This document shows positions 26,331 through 36,622 of a DNA stretch of 64,000 nt, piece by piece (within the stretch, counting starts at the first letter, position 1; every line of letters starts with the position of its first letter). The notes beneath the pieces are model-generated. The model was not told the origin of the DNA. It worked only from the letters and a program-made list of their open reading frames with translations, and made no database searches. Both the position numbers and the translations under genes were made by a program. The stretch covers positions 382,646-446,645 of the forward strand of contig JADJHD010000001.1 in assembly GCA_016707705.1 (NCBI GenBank), in the 5' to 3' direction. The stretch comes from Bacteroidales bacterium (GTDB taxonomy: Bacteria; Bacteroidota; Bacteroidia; Bacteroidales; UBA4417).

Positions 26331-27347
26331 TTGTCAAAGGTTGCTGTTGTAATATTGAATTGGAATGGCAGGGAATTTCTGAGGAAATTTCTACCATCTG
26401 TCATAGAGCATAGTCAGCTTGATGCAGAAATCATTATTGCTGACAATGCATCCACTGACAGTTCACTGGAGTTCATGCAGGAGTCTTTCCCCAACATACG
26501 TGTAATTCAGAACAGAACCAATGGCGGATTTGCCAAAGGCTACAATGACGCATTAAAGCAAGTAGAAGCAGAATACTACATTTTACTAAACTCTGATATT
26601 GAAGTTACTTCCAACTGGATAAATCCTGTTATAGAGCTCATGGATTCAGATCCAAAAATTGGAGCATGCCAACCGAAGATAAGATCATTTCACCATCGGG
26701 AAACATTTGAATATGCAGGCGCGGCCGGTGGATACATCGACAAATATGGATATCCTTTCTGCAGGGGTCGAATTTTTCAGCATCTGGAAGAAGATCTGGG
26801 GCAATATAACGATACACGTGAAATCTTTTGGGCAACAGGAGCTTGCCTATTTGTGAGATCTGAGTTGTTTCATGAATTTGGAGGTCTCGACGAGGATTTC
26901 TTTGCACATATGGAAGAAATAGACTTCTGCTGGAGGTTAAAGAATGAAGGATATAAGATCATGTACTGCCCTGACTCCTATGTATTTCATGTTGGAGGAG
27001 GTACATTACCCAAAAAATCAGCAAGAAAGACATATTTGAACTTCCGGAACAACCTCTCTTTGCTTTACAAAAATCTGCCTTCTAATCAGCTTTTTCGTGT
27101 GTTTCTGGTACGTTTTCCCTTGGATGGAGTTGCCGCTTTGAAATTTTTACTGGAAGGAGGATTTGAGGACTGTCTGGCAGTATTGAGGGCCCATTTATAC
27201 TTTTATCGGAATTTTTCGCACCTGAATCTAAAAAGGAAAGCCCGGAAGCATAACGCAGTAGACTGCATCTATAAGGGACATCTCATAACCGATTATTACA
27301 TTCACAAAAGAAAGAGGTTCAGTCAATTAGACGAAAGCAAATTCTAG
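26331..27347 (+). CDS. Family 2 glycosyltransferase
   Basis: VAVVILNWNGREFLRKFLPSV…IIIADNASTDSS…GGFAKGYN… are typical GT2 N-terminal motifs. TTG start in the track; the exact start is uncertain. Confidence 0.8.
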   Translation: MSKVAVVILNWNGREFLRKFLPSVIEHSQLDAEIIIADNASTDSSLEFMQESFPNIRVIQNRTNGGFAKGYNDALKQVEAEYYILLNSDIEVTSNWINPVIELMDSDPKIGACQPKIRSFHHRETFEYAGAAGGYIDKYGYPFCRGRIFQHLEEDLGQYNDTREIFWATGACLFVRSELFHEFGGLDEDFFAHMEEIDFCWRLKNEGYKIMYCPDSYVFHVGGGTLPKKSARKTYLNFRNNLSLLYKNLPSNQLFRVFLVRFPLDGVAALKFLLEGGFEDCLAVLRAHLYFYRNFSHLNLKRKARKHNAVDCIYKGHLITDYYIHKRKRFSQLDESKF

Positions 27348-27361
27348 TTCGGGGCAATCTG

Positions 27362-27799
27362 TTAAATTTTCTTTTCCATCTGAATGATCGCCCTGATTCC
27401 CAAAGAATAAGAATTCAGACCAAAGCCGGATATTATCCCGCTAACAGAAGACGAGATCAATGAAATCCTCCGGAATTCTTCTCTTGCCATTACATTTGAT
27501 ATATGGACTTCAATAACCGGCACTTTAATAGCTTTGATGGCATCTCCAATTGCAACTGAAGTATGGGTATAACCTCCTGCATTCAGGACAATCCCATCGT
27601 ATGAAAGAAAATGGGCCTCATGAATTTTATTCACGATTTCTCCTTCTATATTCGATTGATAGTAGCTCAAAACAACTTCTGGAAATTCTGACTTCAATGA
27701 TTCCAGAAAGGACTCAAAGCTTTGTTCCCCATAAATTCCGATTTCCCTGCTTCCAAGCAGATTCAGATTAGGGCCATTGATAATGAGCACGTTCATCAT
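27362..27799 (-). CDS. aroQ: Type II 3-dehydroquinate dehydratase
   Basis: NVLIINGPNLNLLGSREIGIYG… and …NAGGYTHTSVAIGDA…PVIEVHISN are AroQ signatures. 145 aa. Confidence 0.9.
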   Translation of the reverse strand: MMNVLIINGPNLNLLGSREIGIYGEQSFESFLESLKSEFPEVVLSYYQSNIEGEIVNKIHEAHFLSYDGIVLNAGGYTHTSVAIGDAIKAIKVPVIEVHISNVMAREEFRRISLISSSVSGIISGFGLNSYSLGIRAIIQMEKKI

Positions 27800-28192
27800 T
27801 CTATTGAATTATTTAAGGTGACAGTCAGGATAAAGACCTAAATGCAATTTATTCAAATTTATAACTATACATGGAGTTTTACAAGAAATGAATAAAGATC
27901 CTGAAAATTAGGAGCTATTCAAGAATCGATAAAATAATGCCGTTTTGTTCATTTTGCAATAACACAATCTATTTGTTAACAATAGAATGAGAATAACTAT
28001 TTAAATCAATTCGTTGAATCAACAGACTTTAATTCGTATATTCGTGTTATGATTGTGAATAGTTTATTCATTCATATCTATCTCGAAATCTACTAGTTCT
28101 ACTATTCCTTACTCTTATTAGCTTATCAGGATGAAATTGAGTGATGGTGGGGGGAAGAAAGCCAACACGATTCTCATCTTTAATAGGCGTTT

Positions 28193-28579
28193 ATGGAAAC
28201 GAACAGATTTGATATCTCTTTTGATGATATTAATAAAATCATCATATATAAGCATTATGGCATTCTAAGTATTGATCAGATTGGCGAAGCCTGGCAAAGT
28301 CTATTGAAGACTGAGCAGTTTCTTCATCATGGTTATAACTTATTATCTGATTATACTGAAGCTGATTTTGGTTTTTCCGTGAATAGCACTGAAAAAGCCT
28401 GGAGCTTTTTTCATTCCATTCAACACATTCTTGACGGTAAGAAAGAGGCTGTTGTTACTTCAACCCCTCTAACTACTGCAATAAGTGTTTTGTTTGAACA
28501 TGAGACTTTGAAGGAGTTAAACTTTGAAGTGAAAACATTTTCCACTAAAGAAGTTGCAATTGACTGGCTTTTAAAATAA
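28193..28579 (+). CDS. Hypothetical protein (128 aa)
   Basis: Isolated ORF with normal composition and no motif I recognise. Confidence 0.45.
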   Translation: METNRFDISFDDINKIIIYKHYGILSIDQIGEAWQSLLKTEQFLHHGYNLLSDYTEADFGFSVNSTEKAWSFFHSIQHILDGKKEAVVTSTPLTTAISVLFEHETLKELNFEVKTFSTKEVAIDWLLK

Positions 28580-28694
28580 GAACATCCTTTTTCATTCTAC
28601 TCCATCACCTCAATTCCAATTGCTCATTTCATCAGGACTTTTTTTAGTTCCGTATTCGGAATTGTGAATGCTTTATTCTTAATTTTGTCCAATC

Positions 28695-28782
28695 ATCTAA
28701 ATAGGGGTGCCTTAATATTACGGGCTGAGATCAAACCCATATAACCTGATCCGGGTAATGCCGGCGGAGGGAAAGAATAGCA
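28695..28782 (+). promoter_or_regulatory. TPP (THI-box) riboswitch
   Basis: GGGGTGC (28704-10) … CTGAGA (28725-30) … ACCC … AACCTGATCCGGGTAATGCCGGCGGAGGGAA (28743-73) matches the conserved TPP aptamer core. It lies about 160 nt upstream of the TonB-dependent receptor start. Confidence 0.85.
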
Positions 28783-28938
28783 ACTGTTTTCAGGCTGCAA
28801 TTTTCGGGCACTCATAATTAGATTACTTATTTTACTAACTGCAAATAAGCGGCTTAGCTTTTATTTGGCAATCGTCAACATTGGAGATTTCTGAATGGAA
28901 AACCAGATGCCGAGTTTTTGCACTAAAGAAATCTCAAA

Positions 28939-31365
28939 ATGAAGATTACTGCAATTATTGGATTAATGCTATTGGTTTCTGTGCAAGTTTTTGCTCAGCA
29001 CACACTTACCGGCACAATTTACAATTCGGCAACTGGAGCCCCTTTGGAAGGTGCCAATCTGATAATCCGTGATCTTCAGAAGGGCACAACCTCTGACAAT
29101 GCAGGCCGATTTAAATTAAATGGGATACCCGATGGATCGTATACCATCACCATCAGCTATATCGGATTCAGAACATACGAACAATCTGTAAAAATGTTTA
29201 AAGATGCAGATTTAGAAGTTCAACTTGAAGAATCAGCAATATTATCGCAGGAGGCTGTTATCAGGGCAACTAGAGCTGCTGATAATGAACCGATAACCTT
29301 TCAGAATCTCAGAAAAAAAGATCTAGAGAAAAGCAACCATGGTCAGGACCTTCCTTTTCTGTTATCAGAATCAGTATCAGCTGTTTCCACCTCCGACGCA
29401 GGTAATTCAATAGGCTATTCTTCCCTTCGCATACGAGGAACTGATCTGACCAGAATCAATGTCACAATGAACGGCATTCCGCTCAATGATCCAGAATCGC
29501 ATAATGTGTTCTGGGTTGATTTGCCGGATGTAGCGGCCTCTTCACAGAGCATTCAGATACAACGGGGTGTTGGAACATCTTCCAATGGGGCGGCAGCTTT
29601 TGGAGCAAGCATTAACCTCTTAACTTCTTCTATTTCTCCTGATCCGTCAGCAGATATAGAAGCTGCAATTGGTTCATTTAACAGCAAAAGAGTATCTTCT
29701 ACTTTTAACTCCGGACTCATAAATAAACATTTCAATTTCCGGGGAAGAGTTTCTTCAATCGCTTCGGATGGCTTTATTGACCGGGCAGCTTCCGCCCTAT
29801 TCTCCTACCATCTTTCAGGTTCATATGTTGGCAAGAAAAGTCAGCTCACCTTTAACCTACTTTCCGGCAAAGAAAAAACCTACCAGGCTTGGGATGGTGT
29901 TCCTCATGAAATACTTGACACTAACCGCACCTTCAATGGAATGGGGTCCTACTACGACACGAATGGGAATTTGAAATTCTATGAAAATGAGACAGACAAT
30001 TATAAACAAACACATTACCAGCTCTTATATTCAAGAATCCTCAATGAACATTTGATCTTAAATACGGCACTCCATTATACAAAAGGTGCCGGGTATTATG
30101 AGCAATACAAGGATAACGATGGGTGGGATTCTTATGGAATTCAACCAATTGTCATTCCCGGTCCCTTTGTTGTAATAAACACAGATACAATCCATTATCC
30201 TGACAGTCTAATTAACTCCTCTGATCTTATCAGGCAAAAATGGCTGGACAATGATTTTGCAGGAATTACTTATTCACTTTCCTGGCAAAACAGAATTTTA
30301 GAGTCCTCAATTGGTGGGTCCTGGAATATCTATTCAGGAAATCATTTTGGCAAGATTGTCTGGTCAAACTTGAGTTATATTGATCCGGAGTATGAATGGT
30401 ACAGAAGCAAATCAACAAAAGGGGACCTAAATCTATATGCCAAAACAACACTAAAGCTAACCCAGGAATTAAATTTATTCGCAGACATGCAACTTCGTAG
30501 GATCAACTATGATATTGAAGGGATTGATGATGACCTTAGAATAATTGATCAAACGCATGATTACCTTTTCTTCAACCCCAAAACAGGACTTCTCGCTAAG
30601 CTTAACTCTAAGAATGACTTATATCTCTCAATTGCAGTTGCAAACAGAGAACCAAACAGGGATAATTTTGTAGATGCTGATCCATCCAAGTCAATCCCAG
30701 GCCGGGAAAGACTCTACGACTTTGAGTCAGGTCACAGGTATCACAATAAAATGCTTTCAATAAGTTCCAACATCTACTATATGCTCTATCGGGACCAGTT
30801 AATTCTAACAGGGGCAATCAATGATGTTGGAGCTCCTGTTATGGAAAATGTTCCGGAAAGCTATCGACTGGGGTTAGAACTCAGTTCACAAGTAAAAATC
30901 TTGAAAAAAATTCAATGGAACTTCAATGGAACTGTCAGCAGGAATAAAATCAAGTCTTATACTGAATTTGTCGATGATTGGGATACCTGGTCACAACTTC
31001 AGTTTGAGCACAAAAACACTGATATTTCATTCTCGCCTGCAGTAGTAATCAACAACTCCGTCAGCTGGGAAATCTCAAATGGCTTCTCATCTGAATTAAT
31101 CAGCAAGTACGTAAGTCATCAGTATATTGACAATACTCAGAATAATTCAAGGTCTATCGATCCATACTTTATCAATAGCCTGAGATTGAGTTACTCAATT
31201 CAGAATTTCATATTCCGGGAGATTAGATTCAACCTAATGATTAACAATCTGTTTAATCAAAAATATGAATCAAATGCTTGGGTTTACAGATACTATGAAT
31301 CAGGTAGTCAAAAAGTTATGGATGGATATTTCCCTCAAGCCGGGATCAACTTCTTCTTTGAGTAA
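28939..31365 (+). CDS. TonB-dependent outer-membrane receptor with N-terminal carboxypeptidase-regulatory-like domain; probable thiamin/precursor transporter
   Basis: Signal peptide. GTIYNSATGAPLEGANLII… (CarbopepD_reg-like), plug region, 808 aa, ends …AGINFFFE. Preceded by the TPP riboswitch. Confidence 0.85.
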   Translation: MKITAIIGLMLLVSVQVFAQHTLTGTIYNSATGAPLEGANLIIRDLQKGTTSDNAGRFKLNGIPDGSYTITISYIGFRTYEQSVKMFKDADLEVQLEESAILSQEAVIRATRAADNEPITFQNLRKKDLEKSNHGQDLPFLLSESVSAVSTSDAGNSIGYSSLRIRGTDLTRINVTMNGIPLNDPESHNVFWVDLPDVAASSQSIQIQRGVGTSSNGAAAFGASINLLTSSISPDPSADIEAAIGSFNSKRVSSTFNSGLINKHFNFRGRVSSIASDGFIDRAASALFSYHLSGSYVGKKSQLTFNLLSGKEKTYQAWDGVPHEILDTNRTFNGMGSYYDTNGNLKFYENETDNYKQTHYQLLYSRILNEHLILNTALHYTKGAGYYEQYKDNDGWDSYGIQPIVIPGPFVVINTDTIHYPDSLINSSDLIRQKWLDNDFAGITYSLSWQNRILESSIGGSWNIYSGNHFGKIVWSNLSYIDPEYEWYRSKSTKGDLNLYAKTTLKLTQELNLFADMQLRRINYDIEGIDDDLRIIDQTHDYLFFNPKTGLLAKLNSKNDLYLSIAVANREPNRDNFVDADPSKSIPGRERLYDFESGHRYHNKMLSISSNIYYMLYRDQLILTGAINDVGAPVMENVPESYRLGLELSSQVKILKKIQWNFNGTVSRNKIKSYTEFVDDWDTWSQLQFEHKNTDISFSPAVVINNSVSWEISNGFSSELISKYVSHQYIDNTQNNSRSIDPYFINSLRLSYSIQNFIFREIRFNLMINNLFNQKYESNAWVYRYYESGSQKVMDGYFPQAGINFFFE

Positions 31366-31604
31366 AGTTTAGTATATAGTACCCGGAAGAGTAAAAGTGG
31401 AAATCATTCTTGTCAATCTGAAGCACATTGAGATGGATTGAACCAGATGGCATCGTATAACAAATGAAGTGACAAACCAACTTGAAGCAGCTAAAGTTCC
31501 ACTCCTGCTCCTTTGAGCACCATTGTAAAAATCAGTTCTTCGGTATCTGCTGAACGTGTGCCGACCACTACCTCTACTTTCTTACCTTTGCAATCAGATA
31601 AAAT

Positions 31605-32057
31605 GTGATGGCAAATATTATAACCATAAAGAATAAGAAGGCGGGGTTTGAGTTTTTTCTTCTTGAGCAATATACCGCAGGAATTGTTCTGACGGGCACG
31701 GAAATTAAATCAATAAGAGACGGAAAAGTAAACCTTACTGACAGCTACTGCACATTTTCTGCAGATGAGTTGTTTGTCGTCAATATGCATATTGCCGAGT
31801 ATAAATTCGGGAATCAATTCAACCATGAGCCCAAAAGGCCAAGGAAACTCCTTTTAAAACGCAGAGAACTCCGAAAAATCTCTGTAAAATCAAAAGACAA
31901 AGGGATTACCATTGTTCCTGTTGAACTCTTCATAAATGAAGAAGGTCTTGCGAAAATTGTAATTTCTATCGCAAAGGGTAAGAAGATGTACGATAAACGT
32001 GAAACCTTAAAGAATAAGGATCAAAAGAGAGAAATTGACAGAAGGCATGAAGATTAA
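31605..32057 (+). CDS. smpB: SsrA-binding protein
   Basis: [30 protein letters not shown]… is the SmpB signature. Start is either GTG 31605 or ATG 31608. Confidence 0.9.
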   Translation: MMANIITIKNKKAGFEFFLLEQYTAGIVLTGTEIKSIRDGKVNLTDSYCTFSADELFVVNMHIAEYKFGNQFNHEPKRPRKLLLKRRELRKISVKSKDKGITIVPVELFINEEGLAKIVISIAKGKKMYDKRETLKNKDQKREIDRRHED

Positions 32058-32139
32058 GTTTATCGGAATTTTATTTATTACTTTTTTGCAATAATTTTTC
32101 ACTTTAAACTTCGTTGACTTCTCTAAAAATAAACTGATT

Positions 32140-32679
32140 ATGAAAGGAAGTATAATAGCTACACTTGGATTCTTGTTTATTCTAAAGTTTGCATATTCAC
32201 AACAGGAACCAAGTGCAAATGCATCTCCTCAAGAGGTTAAATGGTATTCCTTTGAAGAAGGCATGAAGCTGGCGAAGAAAAAACACAAGTACGTAATAGT
32301 AGACATTTATACCGATTGGTGCGGGTGGTGCAAGAGAATGGACAATGAAACATTCCGCAATCCGGAAGTTGTTAGAAGCTTGAATGAAAATTTCATTGCA
32401 ATCAAACTTAACGCCGAATCCAAAGAACCAATAGCTTTCAATGGCACAATCTATTCGAATCCGAATCCCGCGAAACAGAAATCAACGCATCAGTTGGCCA
32501 TTGCATTGGCTGGTGCAAGGCTAGCATATCCGACATACATCTATCTTGACTCCAAGGGAAACAACATTACCGGTTCTCAAGGCTATTCTCAGGCAGAAGA
32601 CTTGTTGCCATTGCTTTCATATATTGGTACAGGAGCATACAAAAGCAAAACCTGGAAGGAATTTACAGGGTTGAAATAG
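32140..32679 (+). CDS. Secreted thioredoxin-fold protein (CGWC active site)
   Basis: Signal peptide. DIYTDWCGWCKRMD motif. Confidence 0.8.
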   Translation: MKGSIIATLGFLFILKFAYSQQEPSANASPQEVKWYSFEEGMKLAKKKHKYVIVDIYTDWCGWCKRMDNETFRNPEVVRSLNENFIAIKLNAESKEPIAFNGTIYSNPNPAKQKSTHQLAIALAGARLAYPTYIYLDSKGNNITGSQGYSQAEDLLPLLSYIGTGAYKSKTWKEFTGLK

Positions 32680-32782
32680 TTTCAGCTAGGATTAACGTTG
32701 ATTTAAGGCGAAGAATGAATTATACTTGTTCAGCTTTACTCCTGTTGCAAACCAAAAACGATAACTAAATCCCAGGTCTAGA

Positions 32783-33778
32783 ATGGATGAAATTCTTTAC
32801 AAAGCCCTTACTGTCAGTGAAGAACCTGGAAAAGGTTTTATTTCCAGCATAGAAAATAAATCAACGGAAAGCCTTCCGCAAAATGGGACTCTGATAAATG
32901 TCCTTTATTCTTCATTAAATTATAAGGATGCATTATCTGCATCTGGGAATAAAGGAGTCACGAAATTATATCCTCATACACCTGGTATAGATGCTGCCGG
33001 TATCGTAACCAATACCAATTCAAATCATTATAAGTCTGGCGATGAGGTTATTGTCACTGGTTATGATCTGGGGATGAATACTTCGGGTGGGTTTGGACAG
33101 TATATTAATGTCCCGGAGGAATGGATTGTACCAAAACCAAAAGGCATAACGCTTGAAGAATCCATGATTTTGGGGACGGCAGGATTTACAGCTGCACTTG
33201 CTGTTCAGCTTTTGATCCGCAATAATCAAAAAGAACTGGATGGACCAATTCTGGTTACAGGAGCTTCAGGTGGGGTTGGTAGTCTTTCAGTAGCAATCCT
33301 TTCATTACTTGGCTTTGAAGTAATTGCTTGCAGTGGAAAACCCGAAGCAGAATCTTATCTAAAAATGCTTGGAGCGGCAAAAGTCATTGGAAGAGAAGAA
33401 GTTATTGACAATTCCGATCGTGCATTATTGCGTTCCAGATGGGCAGGAGCCATTGATACAGTTGGAGGGAATATGCTTTCATCAATCCTGAAATCATGTA
33501 AACCCCACGGGAATATTGCAGTTTGTGGTAATGTCAGTTCTCCTTTACTGTCAACTACTGTATTTCCATTTATTCTCAATGGAGTAAATCTACTTGGTGT
33601 AAACTCTGCAACAACTCCAATGCATTTGAGAAAAGCAACATGGGAGAAACTATCTTCTACATGGAAGCCAGGCAACCTTCATGAAATCAAGATAGTTACC
33701 ACAATAAATGACCTTAGGACCTGGATTGACGAAATTCTAATAGGAAAGGTTCAGGGAAGAGTTGTTCTGAAACACTAG
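32783..33778 (+). CDS. YhdH/YhfP-family NADPH:quinone/acrylyl-CoA oxidoreductase (MDR superfamily)
   Basis: …VLYSSLNYKDALSASGNKGVTKLYPHTPGIDAAGIV… and VTGASGGVGS are typical of the YhdH/AcuI family. Confidence 0.8.
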   Translation: MDEILYKALTVSEEPGKGFISSIENKSTESLPQNGTLINVLYSSLNYKDALSASGNKGVTKLYPHTPGIDAAGIVTNTNSNHYKSGDEVIVTGYDLGMNTSGGFGQYINVPEEWIVPKPKGITLEESMILGTAGFTAALAVQLLIRNNQKELDGPILVTGASGGVGSLSVAILSLLGFEVIACSGKPEAESYLKMLGAAKVIGREEVIDNSDRALLRSRWAGAIDTVGGNMLSSILKSCKPHGNIAVCGNVSSPLLSTTVFPFILNGVNLLGVNSATTPMHLRKATWEKLSSTWKPGNLHEIKIVTTINDLRTWIDEILIGKVQGRVVLKH

Positions 33779-33836
33779 TTATTCTCGAGCCTGCAACCTT
33801 GACGAAATAGTCACCTTTCAAATTCCCGCATTGAGT

Positions 33837-34823
33837 TTAGTTTTCCAGTAACTCATTAACAAATTCCGAAACTTTCATTGATCCGGAAAAGACCCCTTCC
33901 AATTCTTTCATCAGGTGAAAACTTGTTTCAGGAAATCCGCGAGATTCAAGTTCTTTCAGAATCACTCCCATTGCGATCTTTCCTTCTAATACTACCTTCC
34001 CTGAAATATCCTCTGTAAAGAAGCCCTTTCCTATTAATAGTCCCAGAGTTCTGTTCCTGCTTAAATCATTTAATGCCGTTAGTCCAAAATCTCCAATTCC
34101 GCAATAATTGAACATTGTTTCCTCCTTGCCTCCATAGAGGAGAAGAATACTCCTCATTTCGTTGAAGGCTTTGGTAAATATCATAAAGCGGAGATTTGGA
34201 GAATTGAAATGTGCATCGACGATACCTATTATTATTGCATAAATATTCTTCAATATACTCAATATCTCAACACCCCTGATATCATCAGTTGTATCGATAA
34301 ATAGATTTGTCCCTTTGAAAACTGAACTTAGACTGCCAGACAATTTGTTGTCCAGTCCGGAAAGAGTAAAGGCTGTTGGAGTATTATTTATTATCTCCCT
34401 GGCAAATGAGGGTCCTTTAAGTGAAAACACCGGATTTGGGAACTCCGAATGAATGCAATCTGGGATTAGCATATTATTATCACCAAATCCTTTTGCAAGA
34501 TTGATTAGTATTGAATCATCTGGTAAAGAATCCTTAACCCTTCTCAGGTAACTCATGATCGCGTTCGAAGGAATAGCAAGGATTACTATCTCAGCATCCA
34601 GCAAAACTCTATCTTCAGAAGTAGCCTCCAGTTGTGGATGTAATCTGATATTGGGAAAGTATTTCTGATTAATATGGATATCCTGAATAGTTTGAATCAC
34701 ATCCAGTTCGATTGATAACAAGCTAACAGTCAAATCTTCTCTGACTGCGAGAGAGTTTCCAATTGCGGTTCCTATTGAACCCGCTCCCACTACTACAATA
34801 TTCTTTCCTTTCACCTTTTCCAT
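33837..34823 (-). CDS. NAD(P)H-dependent glycerol-3-phosphate dehydrogenase family protein
   Basis: KNIVVVGAGSIGTAIGNSLA Rossmann motif. …LAKGF…LKGPSFAREI…PTAFTLSG resembles GpsA. Confidence 0.7.
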   Translation of the reverse strand: MEKVKGKNIVVVGAGSIGTAIGNSLAVREDLTVSLLSIELDVIQTIQDIHINQKYFPNIRLHPQLEATSEDRVLLDAEIVILAIPSNAIMSYLRRVKDSLPDDSILINLAKGFGDNNMLIPDCIHSEFPNPVFSLKGPSFAREIINNTPTAFTLSGLDNKLSGSLSSVFKGTNLFIDTTDDIRGVEILSILKNIYAIIIGIVDAHFNSPNLRFMIFTKAFNEMRSILLLYGGKEETMFNYCGIGDFGLTALNDLSRNRTLGLLIGKGFFTEDISGKVVLEGKIAMGVILKELESRGFPETSFHLMKELEGVFSGSMKVSEFVNELLEN

Positions 34824-34890
34824 TATTTGATAAGGAACAAAGTTAGTAATAACAAGCTAAAACAGAAAAGCTGGGATCCCCGGAAGGCAA

Positions 34891-36069
34891 TTATTGCCTG
34901 AAGACACCTTTGATATTTATCCCAAAATTCTTGAGAGAACTCCATTTTTCCCATCCAAATTTAATGGCATCAACTTCTGCCTTCTCGAAGAAATTAAATA
35001 AATATAAGAGTATAGGATATACTGCAATCAGAAAGGATTTAGTTATTATCCTTATAAAAAGATTAAGTTCATTAATCCAAATAACAGGTAAATAAAGCAT
35101 TATTGCAAGAAGAATCATCAACAAAAGCTTTTTCATCTCATAGGGTATTCTATATGCACGTTGAGAGTAAAAATATACGAGTAAAAAGAATATTACAGCT
35201 GCAATAAACCTTGCGAGGGCGGCCCCTTGATTTTGGAAAGCTGGTACCAATAGGAAGTTCAGAAGAATCCCAGATGCAGAAACTGCAACCACAATAGCGG
35301 CAATAACTCCTGTCTTTTTAGTTATTTGAAGTCCTATCATGGCCATATCCTTCATCATATTGAAAAGAATGGCAAGAGAGAGAATGGGTATGAGTTCGAA
35401 AGAAGCGTAATACTCTTCCCTTCTGGCAAACAGTTTAACAAACTCCTTTCCAAAAAAAGCCATACCCATTACAAATATCATTACAACAAATACAAAATAA
35501 GTCATCAATTTACTATAGAATCTCTTATTGTTGGGGTCATCCATTTTCTTATAAATAAGAGGCTGAATAGCAAAACTAATGGATGCAACAAGAAGAATAT
35601 TTAGGGTATTGCTAAGCCTGAATGCAAGGGTATATAAACCAACATCACCAAGCTGGCCATAGTACTTTATTATTAGTCTGTCAGCTTGATTCAATAAGAC
35701 TACTGCAAGAGTAGAAATAAATAAAGGCAGACAAAATACAATTATCTCCTTCAACAGTTTCGTTTCAAATCTAAGTTGAACATTGATGACTATAAATTTT
35801 GACAAAATAGCCAGATATGCGATCAGGCCTAAGATTTGTGCATAATAAATTGATTCTATCCCCCACTTAAGACCAACTATGAACCAAACTGTAAATGAGA
35901 GCATTACAATCATTTGTACGATATTCCCAAGCGTATATAGAGTAGCCTTTTCCTGAACTCTCAATAAAGTGGATGGCATTATGATTACCATCTGAATCAT
36001 TGAGGCGACAGCCATTATACGTATCACATGAGTATACTCACTTTTCCAAATACCTGCTGAGATATCCAT
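34891..36069 (-). CDS. C-terminal fragment of a Wzx-type oligosaccharide flippase (MOP superfamily)
   Basis: Polytopic membrane protein. The first residues are off-frame; the real continuation is …SEYTHVIRIMAVASMIQ…. Confidence 0.75.
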   Translation of the reverse strand: MDISAGIWKSEYTHVIRIMAVASMIQMVIIMPSTLLRVQEKATLYTLGNIVQMIVMLSFTVWFIVGLKWGIESIYYAQILGLIAYLAILSKFIVINVQLRFETKLLKEIIVFCLPLFISTLAVVLLNQADRLIIKYYGQLGDVGLYTLAFRLSNTLNILLVASISFAIQPLIYKKMDDPNNKRFYSKLMTYFVFVVMIFVMGMAFFGKEFVKLFARREEYYASFELIPILSLAILFNMMKDMAMIGLQITKKTGVIAAIVVAVSASGILLNFLLVPAFQNQGAALARFIAAVIFFLLVYFYSQRAYRIPYEMKKLLLMILLAIMLYLPVIWINELNLFIRIITKSFLIAVYPILLYLFNFFEKAEVDAIKFGWEKWSSLKNFGINIKGVFRQ

Positions 36070-36389
36070 TCTGCACTAGGCCAGATTACAATAACTGAAA
36101 GTACTGCAATCAGAAGATGGACAACAAGCAATGTGTAGAACAGTGAGGCTCTCCTGTCTAAAACAGACTTCTCAAAGTACCACCTGAAAAAGCCCTGATA
36201 GAAAGAAAAGCCCAGAATACCAATAAATATTTGTGAAACACTATCCAGGAGACCAATAACACCGAAGTCGCCTAATGGAAAGTGCTTTGTATATAATGGA
36301 ATGAGAATAAGTCCTGCTAGCTTTGGAGCCATAGTTCCCAATCCATAAATCAATGACTGACTGAAAATCTTTTTCAGGTCACTTAGCAT
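36024..36389 (-). CDS. N-terminal fragment of the same Wzx-type flippase
   Basis: MLSDLKKIFSQSLIYGLGTMAPKLAGLILIPLYTKHF is a typical flippase N-terminus. It joins to ORF 34891..36069 if the A4 run (plus strand T4, 36042-36045) is read as A5. Confidence 0.75.
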   Translation of the reverse strand: MLSDLKKIFSQSLIYGLGTMAPKLAGLILIPLYTKHFPLGDFGVIGLLDSVSQIFIGILGFSFYQGFFRWYFEKSVLDRRASLFYTLLVVHLLIAVLSVIVIWPSAEWISQQVFGKVSILM

Positions 36390-36622
36390 TCTATGTAGAA
36401 TTAGCTTGTAAAAATACCATAAAAACAGTTGCTGTATTCAGGCAGGTAACCGATGGGTAGTTAATAAATCCAATAATTAACTTACATTATAACTGTTGTC
36501 ATAGATAAGAACAAACACAAAGAATTACGATTGAGCTAACAATCAAAATTCCATTGTATACAAGAATGTCATCGTTATTTTTGGATTCATTACCTTCGCA
36601 GAGTTAAATCCTGGAAGTTACG

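Noticed and set aside
31440-31604. Short minus-strand reading frame ending …KVEVVVGTRSADTEELIFTMVLKGAGVEL* between the TonB receptor and smpB, considered as a gene remnant.
   Set aside because: It is under 60 codons, has no start outside the smpB overlap and carries no identifiable family signature.
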